Assembly (NCBI GenBank): GCA_017428485.1
Contig: JAFRQT010000011.1
Span: forward strand, 7,301 to 71,300
Origin: Bacilli bacterium
GTDB lineage: Bacteria; Bacillota_I; Bacilli_A; RF39; UBA660
Direction of reading: 5' to 3'
Length of the DNA: 64,000 bases
Below, piece by piece: positions 9,557 through 19,231 of the stretch. Within the stretch, counting starts at the first letter, position 1. The number at the start of each line of letters is the position of its first letter. A program made the translations under genes and the position numbers. A model generated the notes under the pieces. The model made no database searches. It saw nothing but the letters and a program-made list of their open reading frames with translations, and was not told where the DNA came from.

Positions 9557-10684
9557 ATGCACAGTGATTTAAGAGTTGTTGACTTATATAACAACACAAG
9601 ATCAAAAAAAATTACAAAATTTAAAGCATCATTGCAGTCAGAATACTCTTTAGCTTCTAACTATGAAAAGATAGAAGCTGATTTCACGTGGCTTGAAATA
9701 ATGGAAGATACAATAATGTATCTTGACAATATACTTAGAAACCCTAATAGATTTATTGTAAATGAAGAAGAAATTGTTAAAGTTGAGCAAGCAAGAAGGA
9801 TAACAGTTGAAAGTATTAAGCACTTATCTAAGCATACTAACTATATTCAAGAAATAGAAGATAATGGGGATGTTAGACCTTCTAAAATATTAAATATTAA
9901 CAAAGATGAAAGTTATAATACCTATGAGAATAGATTGATATATACTTTAATCAACAATATGAGGATGTATATTGATATGAAAGAACGAAGCATGGTTGCT
10001 AGTTCTAGATTGAGAGATAATAAAGTATGCGAATATATGGGATCATCTAAAATAGGTGCAGAAAGAATAAATATTAATATGCATATTAGTTCAAAAACTA
10101 GTTATGATAAAGAAGATGGCGAAAGAAATGGAATGACAGCATTTGAGAGATTAGATAAATTGAAATTAAGAATATCTGATTTGACTAATACTCAAGTATA
10201 TGTTTCGCTTGCAAAAGAACACGTTGCGAGAGTTATACCACCTATTAAAAAGACTAACCTAATACTAAAAAATACTAACTTTCAATATGCAATGAAATTA
10301 TGGGACTTCTTGCAAGCAAATACAAATTATGGTAATGGTGTAACAAAAGATAAAAAGTTAATAGACAATGATTTAGGCGTTAAACAAATGCTTGATGATA
10401 CTTTTTTACTAAATTATTTGACAATGTCTAGTATCGATAAAGAAGATGGTATTCTTGATGACAATGCTAAGTCTGAATTAGTAGAAGAAATAACAAATAA
10501 AATGATAGACAAAATTGTTGAATTAAATGCGGATATGCCTGTTGAAAAGTTACAACAAACACTTGGCGATAAGATTGCTGTTATTAAAAATAAACATGAA
10601 GCCACTCTTGCTGAACTTGAGCATAAATTCAATGAAAGAATTGATGCTTATGTTGGTAAGATTTTAGAATTTAGTTTTAGGTGA
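9557..10684 (+). CDS. DUF2357 (McrC-like N-terminal) domain protein
   Basis: ILRNP...EE, SYNTYENR and TNLILKNTNF motifs; adjacent to the McrB-like gene; no PD-(D/E)xK motif seen. Confidence 0.7.
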   Translation: MHSDLRVVDLYNNTRSKKITKFKASLQSEYSLASNYEKIEADFTWLEIMEDTIMYLDNILRNPNRFIVNEEEIVKVEQARRITVESIKHLSKHTNYIQEIEDNGDVRPSKILNINKDESYNTYENRLIYTLINNMRMYIDMKERSMVASSRLRDNKVCEYMGSSKIGAERININMHISSKTSYDKEDGERNGMTAFERLDKLKLRISDLTNTQVYVSLAKEHVARVIPPIKKTNLILKNTNFQYAMKLWDFLQANTNYGNGVTKDKKLIDNDLGVKQMLDDTFLLNYLTMSSIDKEDGILDDNAKSELVEEITNKMIDKIVELNADMPVEKLQQTLGDKIAVIKNKHEATLAELEHKFNERIDAYVGKILEFSFR

Positions 10685-10689
10685 TTTAT

Positions 10690-11259
10690 ATGAAAAAGAT
10701 TAGACAATTTAAAGAAAAATTGAAGAATAACATAGTTTTGAGGATATTAAGAGTTATAGTGTATGTAATTGTTGCTTTGTTATTGCTCGTGATTATTGTT
10801 CAAAAATTTAGTAATAATAGCATATCTGTTGGAGGTTTTAGAATATTTACTGTAGTTTCTGGATCAATGGTTCCTGAATATAATATCGGAGATATTCTTT
10901 TGTCCAAAAAAACTGAGGCTGAGAATATAGAAATTGGGGATAATGTTACATACTTAGGTAAAACAGCTAGTTTAAAAGACATTATCATTACTCATAAAGT
11001 AATTAAAAAAGATAACCGAAATGGCGATTATTATTTTGTTACCAAAGGAGTTGCTAACGCAATAGCGGATCCCGAAATATCATATGATCAAATATATGGT
11101 AAAGTAGTATATAAAACGGCAATATTAAGTATTTTTGGAAAATTAATGAATAATAGATTTGTGTATTTTTTCACATTCATGATAATAGCATTGATAGTTT
11201 CCATAGAAATTATCTCATCTGTGTTTAGTGCAGGGGATGAAGATGATGGAAGAAAATAA
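10690..11259 (+). CDS. sipW: signal peptidase I, SipW type
   Basis: VVSGSMVP, ITHKV, VTKGVANAIAD motifs. Confidence 0.85.
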   Translation: MKKIRQFKEKLKNNIVLRILRVIVYVIVALLLLVIIVQKFSNNSISVGGFRIFTVVSGSMVPEYNIGDILLSKKTEAENIEIGDNVTYLGKTASLKDIIITHKVIKKDNRNGDYYFVTKGVANAIADPEISYDQIYGKVVYKTAILSIFGKLMNNRFVYFFTFMIIALIVSIEIISSVFSAGDEDDGRK

Positions 11260-11896
11260 AAAGAAAAAAAATACTTTTCTAAAGATACTAAAGAAAATAA
11301 GACTAAGACATTTTATAGCATTAGGATTATTCTTAACAGCAAATACATATGCATGGTTAATATATGTAAATACAGTAAACAATAGTGTAGACGTTCATGT
11401 TAGAACGTGGAAAATAGATTTTACTGATGGTGATACACCAATCATAGACTATATAAATATAGCAGCTGATAATGTTTATCCTGGTATGAGTAATTTTACT
11501 AATACAATAACTGCATTTAATTATAGTGAAGTGCGAGCAACAGCGATGTTTACTATTTTAGAAGCTAATATAATGGGTGATACATTTAAAACAGTCGAAG
11601 GAAGACAGGAAGATAATGAAAATGTTGTTACTGGAGATCTTACAAGTGATCAATTTAAAACTAAGTTATTAAATGATTATCCTTTTAAAATATCATTTAC
11701 GATGTCAACATCATCTATAGCTGCTGAGACGGGCTTGGCAACATTTACAACATCTATTGTATGGCCATATGAATCAGGAAATGATACATTAGATACTTAT
11801 TGGGGAAGTAGGTCATATGATTATATGTCATCACATCCAAATGATCCATGTATACAGATAAAAGTCAAAATATATATTACACAAGCAAATAGCTAA
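11243..11896 (+). CDS. SipW-class signal peptide protein (TasA/camelysin-like)
   Basis: Basic N-terminus, ANTYA|WLIY, NVYPG motif, DTYWG similar to DTELG in the 4068 protein. Confidence 0.7.
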   Translation: MMEENKKKKNTFLKILKKIRLRHFIALGLFLTANTYAWLIYVNTVNNSVDVHVRTWKIDFTDGDTPIIDYINIAADNVYPGMSNFTNTITAFNYSEVRATAMFTILEANIMGDTFKTVEGRQEDNENVVTGDLTSDQFKTKLLNDYPFKISFTMSTSSIAAETGLATFTTSIVWPYESGNDTLDTYWGSRSYDYMSSHPNDPCIQIKVKIYITQANS

Positions 11897-11915
11897 TACA
11901 TTGTATTAGCTATTT
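11887..11915. terminator. bidirectional intrinsic terminator
   Basis: aaatagctaataca-t-tgtattagctattt inverted repeat between convergent genes. Confidence 0.75.
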
Positions 11916-12490
11916 TATTGTAATTGAATTACATTAACGTTAACTTTTACAGAAGCAACTCCATCAACAGTAGCTTCTGTGTCATCTGCATTATCCATAG
12001 TTTGAGTAGCAGCATCATCATTCCATTTTACAAAGAATGTTATTGTAACACTTCTATTAACGTCGTTTAAAAGTATATTGTTTGTTATACCATTTGTATA
12101 TTGGTATTCTACATTATCTATTACATATTTAGTAATTACTAAATCATCTACTGTATTATCTTGAGCATCTTCCAAAGTAACAGTATAAGTGAATGATACA
12201 TCAGTATCAGTTCCATCTATTGTTATATCAAATGACCCTTCGGCAGTAGGAGCAATAACTCCACTTTTTATATTTGTAGTACCAGCAAAAGTTGGCACAA
12301 TTGTATCTGTGAAATTTGAGTTATCTACAATATCTTGATTATTTACAAGTACATTCCATCTTGCAACTATTAAATATGCATTAGCGCCAGCACTTGAAAC
12401 GTACTTAGCATAAGTCTCTTGCATTAAAGAGACACAATAAAATAAGGACATTAAAGATATAAAAAATATAATTTTTCTTTTAATTTTCAT
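11915..12490 (-). CDS. SipW-class signal peptide protein (TasA/camelysin-like)
   Basis: QETYA|KYVS; ARWNV, IAPT, DVSFTY and WNDD...DT motifs shared with the 4068 protein; own promoter TTGTAA-17-TATAAT at 12548-12520. Confidence 0.7.
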   Translation of the reverse strand: MKIKRKIIFFISLMSLFYCVSLMQETYAKYVSSAGANAYLIVARWNVLVNNQDIVDNSNFTDTIVPTFAGTTNIKSGVIAPTAEGSFDITIDGTDTDVSFTYTVTLEDAQDNTVDDLVITKYVIDNVEYQYTNGITNNILLNDVNRSVTITFFVKWNDDAATQTMDNADDTEATVDGVASVKVNVNVIQLQ

Positions 12491-12638
12491 ATTCTCTCCT
12501 CCTATTTTATTACATATTTATTATAAAATTATTAAGAAAACTTTACAATATATTTATATTAATTTAGTGTCAAGTTGACGTATAATATTTACATTTAAGC
12601 GTGTAAAATTTGTAAGTTAGCTAAAATAAAAAAACATA

Positions 12639-12667
12639 TTGAATATTAACTATTCATATGATATAAT
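12639..12667 (+). promoter_or_regulatory. sigmaA promoter of the rpsF operon
   Basis: TTGAAT-17 nt-TATAAT with extended TG. Confidence 0.7.
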
Positions 12668-12671
12668 ACTT

Positions 12672-12728
12672 TCGAACGAAAGTTCCTTGCTTCATTTTGA
12701 AGCCGTTAGACCAGAAGGAGGTGTAATA
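12672..12728 (+). ncRNA. S6:S18 ribosomal protein leader
   Basis: ttccttgc-ttcattttgaa-gccgttagacc-agaaggagg: stem sequestering the SD, as in the Firmicute rpsF leader. Confidence 0.6.
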
Positions 12729-13016
12729 ATGAATAAATATGAAATAATGTTTATCGTTAGAGCTGATATTGATGAAAAGACTCAAAAAGATACAGTAAAG
12801 ACATTTGAAAAAGTATTAACTGATATGAAGTCAAAAATTACTAATTCAAAGGATATGGGTCAAAAGAAACTTGCTTATCCGATAAATAATCAAGTTAGAG
12901 GCAACTATTATGTTCTTAATGTAGAAGCTACTGCTGCTGCTGTAAAAGAATTTGATAGAAAAGCTAAAATTGATGAAAACATCTTAAGACATATTGTCAT
13001 AAGAGAAGAGGAGTAG
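12729..13016 (+). CDS. rpsF: 30S ribosomal protein S6
   Basis: MNKYEIMFIVR...G.KKLAYPI...GNYY; AAGGAGG RBS. Confidence 0.97.
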   Translation: MNKYEIMFIVRADIDEKTQKDTVKTFEKVLTDMKSKITNSKDMGQKKLAYPINNQVRGNYYVLNVEATAAAVKEFDRKAKIDENILRHIVIREEE

Positions 13017-13020
13017 TAAT

Positions 13021-13491
13021 ATGAATAAAATTTTATTAGTCGGAAGACTTACTCGTGATCCTGAAGTTAGAAGTACCAGTACAGGTGCTGCAACTGCAAA
13101 CTTTACTGTAGCTGTTAGTAGAAATTTTAAGAATAAAGAAGGCAATTATGATGCTGATTTCTTACCTTGTGTAGCGTTTAGAGCTCAAGCAGACTTCGTT
13201 TCTAAATACTTTAAAAAAGGTAGTTTAATAGGTGTAGAAGGAAGAGTTCAAACAAGAAATTATGATGCACAAGACGGAACTAAGAGATACGTAACAGAAG
13301 TTGTAGTTGAAAATATAGAATTTGTTGGTGGAAAGAATGATAGTTCATCTCAACCATCTGATAATAGTTATGTTGATGCACCTAGTGAAGAGACAGTTGA
13401 TGCTCTTCCTGAGTATGATATTCCTGCTTCAGATCCATATGAAAATTATGATAAGGAAGTATCACTAAGTGATAATGACTTACCATTCTAA
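13021..13491 (+). CDS. ssb: single-stranded DNA-binding protein
   Basis: MNKILLVGRLTRDPE; acidic tail ending DLPF. Confidence 0.97.
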   Translation: MNKILLVGRLTRDPEVRSTSTGAATANFTVAVSRNFKNKEGNYDADFLPCVAFRAQADFVSKYFKKGSLIGVEGRVQTRNYDAQDGTKRYVTEVVVENIEFVGGKNDSSSQPSDNSYVDAPSEETVDALPEYDIPASDPYENYDKEVSLSDNDLPF

Positions 13492-13503
13492 AGGAGGAAA
13501 ATA

Positions 13504-13722
13504 ATGGCAGAGTTTTATAACAATAGAAGAAAAAAAATATGTCAAATGTGTGCAGGAAGACCAATTAAATATAGTGATGCAGTAGTTATGTCAAAATATG
13601 TTAATGAAAAAGGTAAAATATTACCAAGACGTATGACTGGAGCATGTGCAAAACATCAAAGACATATTGCAAATCAAGTTAAAATTGCAAGATATATGGC
13701 TATATTACCATATACAAAGTAG
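13504..13722 (+). CDS. rpsR: 30S ribosomal protein S18 (Zn-binding form)
   Basis: CQMC, GKILPRRMTGACAKHQR. Confidence 0.97.
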   Translation: MAEFYNNRRKKICQMCAGRPIKYSDAVVMSKYVNEKGKILPRRMTGACAKHQRHIANQVKIARYMAILPYTK

Positions 13723-13740
13723 TAGAAATACTACTTTTTT
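13716..13740 (+). terminator. intrinsic terminator
   Basis: aaagtagta-gaaa-tactacttt followed by T run. Confidence 0.7.
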
Positions 13741-13757
13741 ATTGCAATAAAAAAAGA

Positions 13758-14429
13758 CTAACGTCTTCTTCTAGTTATTAATACTAACCTTAGTATTTGT
13801 AAAGCACTTGCTAAGAATCCAGCAACATACGTAAATGCTGCTGCATTAAGTACTTTCTTAACACCAGTTCTTTCTTTATCATTTATTACACCTAATTCAA
13901 TTAGTTCATTTTTTGCTCTTCTTGATGCATCAAATTCAACAGGAAGAGTAACCAATTGAAATAGTAAACCTGCTGATAATAGCAAAACACCAATATTTAA
14001 AAAGTCGATTAATTCTGTAAAGAAACCAATAAGTATAAAAATACTAGATATAGTAGATGTAATGTTAACAACGGGTACCATAGAACTTCTAAATCTCATA
14101 AATGAATATCCAATTTTATCTTGTATAGCATGACCACATTCATGAGCAGCCACTGCAATAGATGAAATGCTTTCTTCATTATGAATGCTATTTGATAAAG
14201 CAACTGTTTTATTTTTAGGATCATAGTGATCGCTTAATTCACCACTAACACATGAAATATTAACATTATCAAGACCATTTTTGCTTAATATTTTTTTTGC
14301 TATATCTTTGCCTGTAAACCCTCTTGAATTGGCCACCTTTGCATATTTTCTATAATTGGATTTTACCATAAATTGAGCTAACGTTGGTAAAGCAACTATT
14401 ACTAAAATAAGTATAATATTTATATCCAT
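13758..14429 (-). CDS. YugP-like neutral zinc metallopeptidase
   Basis: LSDHYDP, VAAHECGHAIQ, TLPVEFDAS, AAAFTYVA. Confidence 0.9.
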   Translation of the reverse strand: MDINIILILVIVALPTLAQFMVKSNYRKYAKVANSRGFTGKDIAKKILSKNGLDNVNISCVSGELSDHYDPKNKTVALSNSIHNEESISSIAVAAHECGHAIQDKIGYSFMRFRSSMVPVVNITSTISSIFILIGFFTELIDFLNIGVLLLSAGLLFQLVTLPVEFDASRRAKNELIELGVINDKERTGVKKVLNAAAFTYVAGFLASALQILRLVLITRRRR

Positions 14430-14494
14430 ATCAATCACCATATTAATTATATCATAAGTAAAAAAAAACATCACTTTTTAGTGATGCTTTTTAA

Positions 14495-15895
14495 TTATTT
14501 AATTAGCATTGCTGCGAATATAATTGCTACTACTACAGCTAATACAATTAATATGTATTTCCAAGTTTTTTTAATCCATTCTTTATAAGGAATTTCTAAA
14601 TAACTAAGTCCTAGTGCTAGTAATACACTTGTAGGTGCAATAAACATTGTAACACCATACATTCCTTGACATAATAGCATTAAAACTGTTGAATTAGCAT
14701 CTTGAGCAGCAATTTGAGGTATTGCATATGCTACTAGATATGCCATATCAACATGAACTACAGAACCTAATATCATAGAAACTGATGAGAAGAATAAGTT
14801 AAATTTACTTGTAGCTCCTAAAATATATTTAGCTAGTGTTGAATAGAAGAATGTGTTACCAGCAAAGCATAATACAGAATAACACATAATAATTAATGCT
14901 GCTGATGGTAATAATTTGCCAGCACCTTTAAACATATTCTCAATTATTTCTCTTAATTTTAATCTATATAGTTTTCCAACTATTAGTGATAAAAGTAATA
15001 GAATAACGCACATTTCAGCATAATACCAGCTTCCAAATTCCCCAATTGATCCAAGAATATCTTTTAGGAATGAAACGCCCATAACTTTATCATGGAATGT
15101 TTCAAAAACTGTTACACCAAATGATTCAACCCAGTTTGTACATCCTAATACCAAAAGAATTAGTAATAGTACAAATGTAATAATTATTGGTACCACTGAA
15201 TATTTATTAGCAATCTTTTCACCAATAAATAATTCTCCACATGATTCCTCTTCTGATTTAGTACTTGCTTTTTTAGTACCCGGATGTTTTGCTTTAATTA
15301 TATAAAATACTAAAAATCCAAGTGGAATAAATAATAAAAGCAACTTATATACAAGACCACTTATTAAAGTAGTGCCAATAGTATCATTAAGTAAACCATT
15401 AATATTATATCCAACTGTTGAACCTAATTGTCCAATTAGCACTGCACCAAATGTAGTTAGGAAAGCAGTTAATTTATCATATCCCATTGATAATATAATA
15501 CCAATAAGTAAAGGAATAAAGATAAATAATAATAGTCCATAACTAAATACTGATGACAATGCTGCAAGAACAACAGCAACACAAATTAAGAAAACATATT
15601 CAATTCCCTTAAATGAATTAGCAATTTTTTCTATCCATGCTCTATATTTACCTGTTTTAGCAAGAACACCATAAAATGCTCCAACACATAGGATAAAGAA
15701 AGCAATTTGAAGAAAATATTTAAACTGGAATGAACCAAAAATCAACTGGAAGAAATCGAAGAAACCAAGTTTATATACACTACCATACTCAACTAATTCA
15801 CCAGCATCAAAATAACTAGCTGGAACAAACCAAGTTATTACTACAATTGCCATTAAAATAAATATTAGTATTTTAAACAATCCTGTCTTTTTCAT
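14495..15895 (-). CDS. YfcC/DcuC-like multi-pass transporter
   Basis: ITWFVPA, GAFYGVL, MFIAPTS...IPYKEW; about 12 TM segments. Confidence 0.7.
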   Translation of the reverse strand: MKKTGLFKILIFILMAIVVITWFVPASYFDAGELVEYGSVYKLGFFDFFQLIFGSFQFKYFLQIAFFILCVGAFYGVLAKTGKYRAWIEKIANSFKGIEYVFLICVAVVLAALSSVFSYGLLLFIFIPLLIGIILSMGYDKLTAFLTTFGAVLIGQLGSTVGYNINGLLNDTIGTTLISGLVYKLLLLFIPLGFLVFYIIKAKHPGTKKASTKSEEESCGELFIGEKIANKYSVVPIIITFVLLLILLVLGCTNWVESFGVTVFETFHDKVMGVSFLKDILGSIGEFGSWYYAEMCVILLLLSLIVGKLYRLKLREIIENMFKGAGKLLPSAALIIMCYSVLCFAGNTFFYSTLAKYILGATSKFNLFFSSVSMILGSVVHVDMAYLVAYAIPQIAAQDANSTVLMLLCQGMYGVTMFIAPTSVLLALGLSYLEIPYKEWIKKTWKYILIVLAVVVAIIFAAMLIK

Positions 15896-15986
15896 TATAT
15901 AACCTCCTCTAAAATAATTATATAATAAAAAAGATTGTTAATACAATATTTTAACATCTTTTTTTGCAATTTTCACATTTAATTTT

Positions 15987-16964
15987 TTAGATTCGTGTGT
16001 ATATTTCATTAATTATTTTAAAAAAATCATTTTCATTTTTTGTATTAATTAAAGACACTTTTAAGTCTTTAATATTGGGTATATTTTTCAAGTATGCCAT
16101 AGCATGAATTTTTATCTCTAAAACGGCTCTTTTTTCATTACTATTACTTTTTAATAAATTATAGTGTTTAACTAACATATCAATTCTTTCTTTATTACTT
16201 GGATGTTTGACTATATTGCCATTTTTTAGATATTCTATACACTCTTTAATAAGCCAAGGATTTCCAACAGTTGCTCTTCCTATCATAACAGCATCGCATT
16301 TTGTTTCATCTAACATTTTTTTTGCATCATATATAGTTTTGACATCACCATTTCCAATTACTGGAATTGATACTGCTTCTTTTACTTTTTTGATTAGACT
16401 CCAATCTGATAATCCTTCGTAACCTTGCTCCCTAGTCCTTGGATGTATAGTAATTGCTTTTGCACCTGCTTTTTCTATTATTTTGGCCACTTCAACGCAA
16501 TTAATATTGCTATTATCCCATCCAGATCTTATTTTAACTGTAACAGGAACATTAACATTATCGACTACCTTTTTAACTAATTCATAAATTTTATTTGGAT
16601 TTTTAAGTAAACTTGAACCCGCTTGAGATCTTATTGCTATTTTAGGAACAGGACATCCCATATTAATATCTATTATTTTAATATTAAACTTTTCGACTAA
16701 TATTTTTGCTGATTCAGCCATTGCTTCAGGAGAAGAACCAAATATTTGAACTGCAACAGGTATATTAAGTTCTTCTATTCCATTTAACATATCAAAAGTT
16801 TTCTTATTATTTCTAATAATTGCCTCTGAACTAATTAATTCAGTAATTGCATATTCTAATCCTAATTCTTCACATATTTTAATATATGATGGATTAGAAA
16901 CTCCTGCCATGGGGGCGAGTACAACTTTATTATTAAATTTAATATTTCCTATTGACCAATCCAT
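15987..16964 (-). CDS. dusB: tRNA-dihydrouridine synthase B
   Basis: [38 protein letters not shown]. Confidence 0.95.
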   Translation of the reverse strand: MDWSIGNIKFNNKVVLAPMAGVSNPSYIKICEELGLEYAITELISSEAIIRNNKKTFDMLNGIEELNIPVAVQIFGSSPEAMAESAKILVEKFNIKIIDINMGCPVPKIAIRSQAGSSLLKNPNKIYELVKKVVDNVNVPVTVKIRSGWDNSNINCVEVAKIIEKAGAKAITIHPRTREQGYEGLSDWSLIKKVKEAVSIPVIGNGDVKTIYDAKKMLDETKCDAVMIGRATVGNPWLIKECIEYLKNGNIVKHPSNKERIDMLVKHYNLLKSNSNEKRAVLEIKIHAMAYLKNIPNIKDLKVSLINTKNENDFFKIINEIYTRI

Positions 16965-17031
16965 AGTAATCTCCTCATTGCTTAAAATTATACATTATTA
17001 TTATAAATTTGTAAAAATAAAAAGAGAAGAA

Positions 17032-18099
17032 TTATTCTCCTTCTTCTCCTCCTTCATATGTCTCAGTTACTTTACAAGTAATATCTTTTGCAATTGATAA
17101 GAATGTATATCTACGTTGAAATGAATCAATTTCTTCATCTTTTGGTATTGCATCTCCACAATTAAGCTTGTATGAATATTGTTGTTCTCTTTTTAATAAG
17201 AATGATACATCTGCTCCAGCAGCAATTTCTTGAGATAACATAGTATCACTAGTTACATGATCTGGTAATTCTAAAGAGAATTTATATTTAGCAACTGGTA
17301 CAGCAGTAAATGTTATTTTACATTCTGTACTGTTTGTTAGTCTTTCAATAGTAACTTTATTATCTTCAAACACAGCTGTTTGTTTATTTGTACATTCAAT
17401 TTTTGGTTTTTCATAACCATCTTTTGCTTCTACAATTGCATTAACACTTTCACCATATTCAGCAGTTTCTGTTGCATTTCCAGTTCCATTTACTACAGTG
17501 AATTTAGCAGATAATGTTTTAACTGAAAAATTAACTTTGCATATTAGGTCTTCTGTGACAGCATTAATTGTTAATGTATTTGTTTTAGCATTCCATGTTG
17601 ATTCTTTTCCATTTGAGCAAACTGCTTCTTTAAATTCATATCCCTCACTAGGAGTTATTACAAATTCTCCAGCTTCTTCTCTATTTACTGTTTTAGGATT
17701 GTTCTCACTAACTACACCATTTACTACTGTGAAGTCTACTGAGTAACTTGAATTAACAAAATAAAGGCTACAAGTACTGTCTTTTTCTTCTGCAGGGGTA
17801 AATTTCCATTCTTCTTCGTTAAATTCTCCAGTTAAATCATTAGTGCAAGAGAATTTTAGAAAACTATATTTTTTTTCTGTAGTTACATTTCCTTCTTCAT
17901 CTGTAGTAGTTTCATTTACAGGCATTGTTTCTTGTTGTTTATCCTCTAAATAGTATAAATAAGCTATTTTAACTTTTTCGGGCACAGGAGGCTTAACAGT
18001 TTCTCCTCTTTTCCCATTATAATAATATCCTAATCCTGCTCCTCCTGCTGATATTAAAAACAGTAAGAGTAAGAATACAAATAACCCTTTATTTTTCAT
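17032..18099 (-). CDS. membrane-anchored surface protein with repeated small beta domains (InlB B-repeat-like, Cys pairs)
   Basis: N-terminal TM; repeats of FTVVNG...P.EGY....C.N......CK. Confidence 0.55.
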   Translation of the reverse strand: MKNKGLFVFLLLLFLISAGGAGLGYYYNGKRGETVKPPVPEKVKIAYLYYLEDKQQETMPVNETTTDEEGNVTTEKKYSFLKFSCTNDLTGEFNEEEWKFTPAEEKDSTCSLYFVNSSYSVDFTVVNGVVSENNPKTVNREEAGEFVITPSEGYEFKEAVCSNGKESTWNAKTNTLTINAVTEDLICKVNFSVKTLSAKFTVVNGTGNATETAEYGESVNAIVEAKDGYEKPKIECTNKQTAVFEDNKVTIERLTNSTECKITFTAVPVAKYKFSLELPDHVTSDTMLSQEIAAGADVSFLLKREQQYSYKLNCGDAIPKDEEIDSFQRRYTFLSIAKDITCKVTETYEGGEEGE

Positions 18100-18197
18100 T
18101 TTCCCTCCATATTGTATACATATTAATTTTATAATAATTGCATCTTTATTGTCAAGGATAATAGATTACAAAAAATAAGTAAAATGTAAAAAAATGT

Positions 18198-18226
18198 TTG
18201 ACTTTCTCATATACTTTTTATATAAT
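18198..18226 (+). promoter_or_regulatory. sigmaA promoter of rplM-rpsI
   Basis: TTGACT-17 nt-TATAAT. Confidence 0.8.
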
Positions 18227-18231
18227 ATTCC

Positions 18232-18324
18232 CGGTACATTTAATGGACGTGGACTCTTCCGTGGGAAAGAAGAGGTTATAGTTGCAAATATAACAGCCAT
18301 GAAAATTAAAGAAGGGAAATAATT
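18232..18324 (+). ncRNA. L13 ribosomal protein leader (candidate)
   Basis: Relatively GC-rich 5'UTR with hairpins ctcttc..gaagag and gttata..tataac before rplM. Confidence 0.5.
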
Positions 18325-18756
18325 ATGAAAACATTTATGTTAAAAAAAGAAGAAGTAGAGCATAAGTGGTATGTTATTGATGCTGAGGGTAAAAACTTAG
18401 GTAAAGTTGCTGCTTTAGCTGCATCAGTATTAAGAGGAAAACATAAACCAACTTATACTCCATACATTGCCTGTGGAGATAATGTAATCATTATCAATGC
18501 AGAAAAAGTAAATCTAACAGGTGACAAACTTGATAAGAAAATTTATTATAATCATAGTGGATATCCAGGAGGACTTAGAGAAAGAACTGCTAGAACTATG
18601 GTAGAAAAATATCCAGTAGAAATGGTAGAAAGAGCTATCAAAGGAATGCTTCCAAAGAATAGATTAGGAAGACAAATCTTTAGACAATTATTTGTTTATG
18701 CAGGTAGTGAACATAAACATGAAGCTCAAAAACCAGAAAGATTGGAGGTAAAGTAA
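18325..18756 (+). CDS. rplM: 50S ribosomal protein L13
   Basis: [27 protein letters not shown]. Confidence 0.98.
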   Translation: MKTFMLKKEEVEHKWYVIDAEGKNLGKVAALAASVLRGKHKPTYTPYIACGDNVIIINAEKVNLTGDKLDKKIYYNHSGYPGGLRERTARTMVEKYPVEMVERAIKGMLPKNRLGRQIFRQLFVYAGSEHKHEAQKPERLEVK

Positions 18757-18757
18757 T

Positions 18758-19150
18758 ATGGCAGAATCAAGATATACTGCTTTAGGTAGAAGAAAAAGAA
18801 GTGTTGCTAAAGTTACTTTAGTTAAAGGAAAAGGAAATATTACAGTTAATGGTAAAGATATAAAAGATTATATGCCTTATGAAACATTAGTAATGGATTT
18901 AGTTCAACCTTTAGAATTAACTGAAACAAAAGACAAATATGATGTAATTATCACTGTTAAAGGTGGAGGATTTTCTGGTCAAACAGGAGCAATCAGATTA
19001 GGACTTGCAAGAGCATTAATGCTTGCAAATGCTGATAGTAGACCAACATTAAAAACAAATGGTATGATTACTCGTGATGCTAGAATCAAAGAAAGAAAGA
19101 AATACGGATTAAAGAAAGCTCGTAGAGCTCCACAATTCAGTAAGAGATAA
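18758..19150 (+). CDS. rpsI: 30S ribosomal protein S9
   Basis: [34 protein letters not shown]. Confidence 0.98.
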   Translation: MAESRYTALGRRKRSVAKVTLVKGKGNITVNGKDIKDYMPYETLVMDLVQPLELTETKDKYDVIITVKGGGFSGQTGAIRLGLARALMLANADSRPTLKTNGMITRDARIKERKKYGLKKARRAPQFSKR

Positions 19151-19151
19151 T

Positions 19152-19181
19152 ATAAAAAACCCAATTATTTGGGTTTTTTAT
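19152..19181 (+). terminator. intrinsic terminator
   Basis: aaaaaaccca-attatt-tgggtttttt. Confidence 0.75.
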
Positions 19182-19231
19182 TTGCATAAATATATTTTTA
19201 TGGTATTATATTTTACATTGGAGGGTTTTGT

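Noticed and set aside
7999-10684. Calling the pair a standard McrBC restriction system
   Set aside because: No DNA-reader N-terminus and no visible PD-(D/E)xK motif; reported as an atypical module instead.
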